This document shows positions 17,499-20,000 of a stretch of DNA of 20,000 nt, one piece after another. A program made the position numbers and the translations under genes. The notes beneath the pieces were generated by a model. That model was not told the DNA's origin. It did no database searches and saw only the letters and a program-made list of their open reading frames with translations. Within the stretch, counting starts at the first letter, position 1. The number at the start of each line of letters is the position of its first letter. Source of the stretch: Spirochaetales bacterium (lineage in GTDB: Bacteria; Spirochaetota; Spirochaetia; Treponematales; UBA12059); contig JAFGJV010000033.1 of the NCBI GenBank assembly GCA_016928955.1, positions 54,413 through 74,412 of the forward strand, in the 5' to 3' direction.

Positions 17499-19874
17499 AT
17501 GGAACTGACCGAAGAATTCGTATCAGCGCTGAGTATCGATCAGGCCCAGCTTATCAGCCGTATAGCGGAAAGCATATCGGTCAGGCCGAGCCAGGCTGCG
17601 GCCGTGGTGGAGCTGACGGCGGAAGGCTGTACGGTGCCGTTCATCAGCCGTTACCGCAAGGAGCGTACCGGCGAGCTGGACGAGGTCCAGGTCCGAGACG
17701 TGGTGCATCTTCACCAGTCGCTTACCAACCTGGAGACCCGGCGCATAGAGGTCATCCAAGCCATTTTTTCCCAGGGCAAGCTGACTGAGGACCTGTACGC
17801 CAACATAAAAAAATGTTCCACGCTGACGGAAATCGAGGACATTTACGCCCCCTACAAGCGCAAGAAGAAAACTCGCGGCATGGTGGCGCTGGAGAAGGGC
17901 CTTGAGCCCCTGGCCGAGCTGATGCTCAGCGCGGACGCGGCAACGGTGGAAGCCAAGGCGCCCGAATACGTGCGGGACGACGCGGAGCACCCCGAGCTGT
18001 CTGTGGCCACGCCGGAAGAGGCCATCCAGGGCGCCCAGGACATCATCGCGGAGCGCGTGTCGCAGGATCCCGAGCACCGCGCCGCGGTCAAGAAACTGTA
18101 CCTGCGGGACGGCCAGCTGGTGGTCAAGGGCGTGGACGACACCAAAAAGGAGAAAAGCGTATACCAGATGTACTGGGACTACGCCGAGCCCCTGGCAAGC
18201 CTTAAACCACACCGCGTGCTGGCGGTCAACCGCGGCGAGCGCGAAGGCGAACTTTCCGTGAACCTGGAAGCTCCGGAAGACACCGCGGTTGAACTCCTCA
18301 AGGACCGTTGCTCTCCGGCCAATTCCTATCACGCTGAGGCGGTGGCCGACTCGCTCCGCAGGCTGATTTCCCCGGCGGTGCTCCGCGAGATACGGTCGGA
18401 CGCCACGGACAACGCGGACGGGCACGGCATCCACGTGTTCAGCGAGAACCTCAAGAACCTGCTCCTGTCTCCGCCCATCAAGGGCACCCGGGTGCTGGGC
18501 GTAGACCCCGGCATCCGAACAGGCACCAAGTGCGCGGCCATAGACCAGACAGGCAAGTTCCTGTCCTACTTTGTCATCAACCAGGAGCTGAAGTTCGAGG
18601 AAGGCAAAAAGGCCCTGGCCAAGGCGATCAAGGAACACAACCTGGAGATCGTGGCCGTGGGCAACGGCACCGGCAGCCACGATGTCCAGCGCCTGGTGGC
18701 CGAAGCCATATCCGAGCACGGATTGGACGTCAAGTATACCGTGGTGGACGAGGACGGCGCCTCGGTGTATTCCGCGTCGGACGTGGCACGGGAGGAATTC
18801 CCCGAGCTGGATCTGACCATACGCGGAGCTATATCCATAGGCAGGCGCCTTCAGGATCCACTGGCGGAACTTGTCAAGATCGACCCCAAATCCATAGGCG
18901 TGGGCCTGTACCAGCACGATGTCAACCAGAAGCGCCTGGCGGATTCCGTGGACGAGGTTGTGGAGTCCGTGGTCAACCGCGTGGGCGTCAACCTGAACAC
19001 GGCCAGCCACAGCCTGCTCAAATACGTGTCCGGCATCAACTCGTCGCTAGCCAAGAAAATCGTCAAGTTCCGCGACCAGAACGGACCCATCAGCTCGCGC
19101 GACGAGCTAAAAAACGTGTCCGGCATGGGCGACAAAACCTTTGAGCAGTGCGCAGGCTTTCTCAAAATTCCCGAGAGTCCAAATCCCCTGGACAACACCT
19201 GGGTGCATCCTGAGCGTTACGCCCTGGCATCCGAAATCCTGCCCCTGGTCAAGGCGGGCTCCGATCCCAGCCGAGAGCAGCGCGCCGAGCTTAAAGGCAA
19301 GTACGAGGTTGGTGACAGCACCATAGACGACATCCTCTTGGAGCTCAAGAAACCCAACCGCGACCCGCGCGACGAACTGCCAAAACCCATCCTGTCCCAG
19401 GGCGTGCTGGCCTTTGAGGACCTCAAGGAAGGCATGAAGGTCACGGGCAAGGTCAAGAACGTGGTGGACTTTGGCGCCTTTGTGGACATAGGCATTAAGG
19501 AAAGCGCCCTGATCCACGTGTCCGAGCTGGCCGACCGCTATGTGAGCGATCCCATGGACGTACTCAAGGTGGGTGACGTAAAGGAATTCCGCATCATCAG
19601 CCTGGATACCGCCCGCAAGCGCATAGGCTTGTCGCTCAAAAGCGAGCGTTCCGTGTCGGGCGACCATGGCGAGCCCAGGCGCGTGGCCGTGGTGCGCACG
19701 GCATCAGGTCAGGGTTCGGGCGGCCAGGCCGGCTCCGGGCGGCAGGATGCCGGCAGGGCATATCCTGGCAGGCCGGAACGCGGAGGAAGCCGGTTATCTG
19801 GTCCCGTCCAGGCCAGGGACGACGATGGGACCACGTACAATCCCTTTGCGGAACTCCTGAAAAACAGGAAATAA
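17499..19874 (+). CDS. tex: Tex-family RNA-binding transcriptional accessory protein (YqgF-like, HhH and S1 domains)
   Basis: Motifs TVPFISRYRKERTGELDE, YAPYKRKKKTR, LGVDPGIRTGTK, GASVYSAS, RRLQDPLAELVKIDPKSIGVGLYQHD, S1 NVVDFGAFVDIG. SD GAGG upstream. Confidence 0.95.
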   Translation: MELTEEFVSALSIDQAQLISRIAESISVRPSQAAAVVELTAEGCTVPFISRYRKERTGELDEVQVRDVVHLHQSLTNLETRRIEVIQAIFSQGKLTEDLYANIKKCSTLTEIEDIYAPYKRKKKTRGMVALEKGLEPLAELMLSADAATVEAKAPEYVRDDAEHPELSVATPEEAIQGAQDIIAERVSQDPEHRAAVKKLYLRDGQLVVKGVDDTKKEKSVYQMYWDYAEPLASLKPHRVLAVNRGEREGELSVNLEAPEDTAVELLKDRCSPANSYHAEAVADSLRRLISPAVLREIRSDATDNADGHGIHVFSENLKNLLLSPPIKGTRVLGVDPGIRTGTKCAAIDQTGKFLSYFVINQELKFEEGKKALAKAIKEHNLEIVAVGNGTGSHDVQRLVAEAISEHGLDVKYTVVDEDGASVYSASDVAREEFPELDLTIRGAISIGRRLQDPLAELVKIDPKSIGVGLYQHDVNQKRLADSVDEVVESVVNRVGVNLNTASHSLLKYVSGINSSLAKKIVKFRDQNGPISSRDELKNVSGMGDKTFEQCAGFLKIPESPNPLDNTWVHPERYALASEILPLVKAGSDPSREQRAELKGKYEVGDSTIDDILLELKKPNRDPRDELPKPILSQGVLAFEDLKEGMKVTGKVKNVVDFGAFVDIGIKESALIHVSELADRYVSDPMDVLKVGDVKEFRIISLDTARKRIGLSLKSERSVSGDHGEPRRVAVVRTASGQGSGGQAGSGRQDAGRAYPGRPERGGSRLSGPVQARDDDGTTYNPFAELLKNRK

Positions 19875-20000
19875 GGCGGCCGGCGGAAAGCGTCGCCGGA
19901 GCGTAGCTTCATGCCTTGCTTACTGCCGCGAACCTTATTGGTCGCTCTGGGAGCTAGGGCTCCGTCCGACCTCAGGCAAGGGCGAACCTCGGCGTATACG

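Noticed and set aside
17523..19010. 495-aa antisense ORF inside tex, and similar shadows at 3995-5110, 1373-2398 and 7726-8694
   Set aside because: These lie antisense to well-conserved GC-rich genes, show no recognisable motifs, and are the expected product of codon bias.
19875..20000. GC hairpin after tex and a possible 3' end of a minus-strand gene
   Set aside because: There is no U-tract and too little sequence to assign a reading frame or product.

Overview
Chromosomal replication-origin region of a GC-rich bacterium, most likely a spirochaete (divergent gyrA-gyrB / dnaA-dnaN-recF-DUF721 layout, GyrB 'PLWGK' motif, spirochaete-style lipoprotein). Left to right: 5'-truncated TolC-family gene; glpK and an atypical Asp/Glu-racemase-family gene (minus strand); metK preceded by a SAM-II-type riboswitch; single-chain L-serine dehydratase; two parS sites flanking a small lipoprotein gene; gyrA, gyrB; DnaA-box clusters on both sides of dnaA, with a DnaA-trio/AT-rich unwinding element between dnaA and dnaN; dnaN, recF, dciA (DUF721); a 2xCxxC thioredoxin/YuzD-like ORF; Tex. 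No mobile element, CRISPR, rRNA or tRNA was seen. The most interesting item is the metK leader. It holds a SAM-II aptamer with a hairpin insertion, set ~110 nt from the start codon, and the intervening sequence contains a perfect anti-SD and a possible CTG-initiated uORF that ends in an ATGA overlap with metK, which suggests a non-canonical expression platform. Also notable: a parS site built into the 42-bp palindromic gyrBA terminator, a racemase with a degenerate active site coupled to glpK, and a natural Leu83 in GyrA. All calls are by-eye motif recognition; no searches were run.
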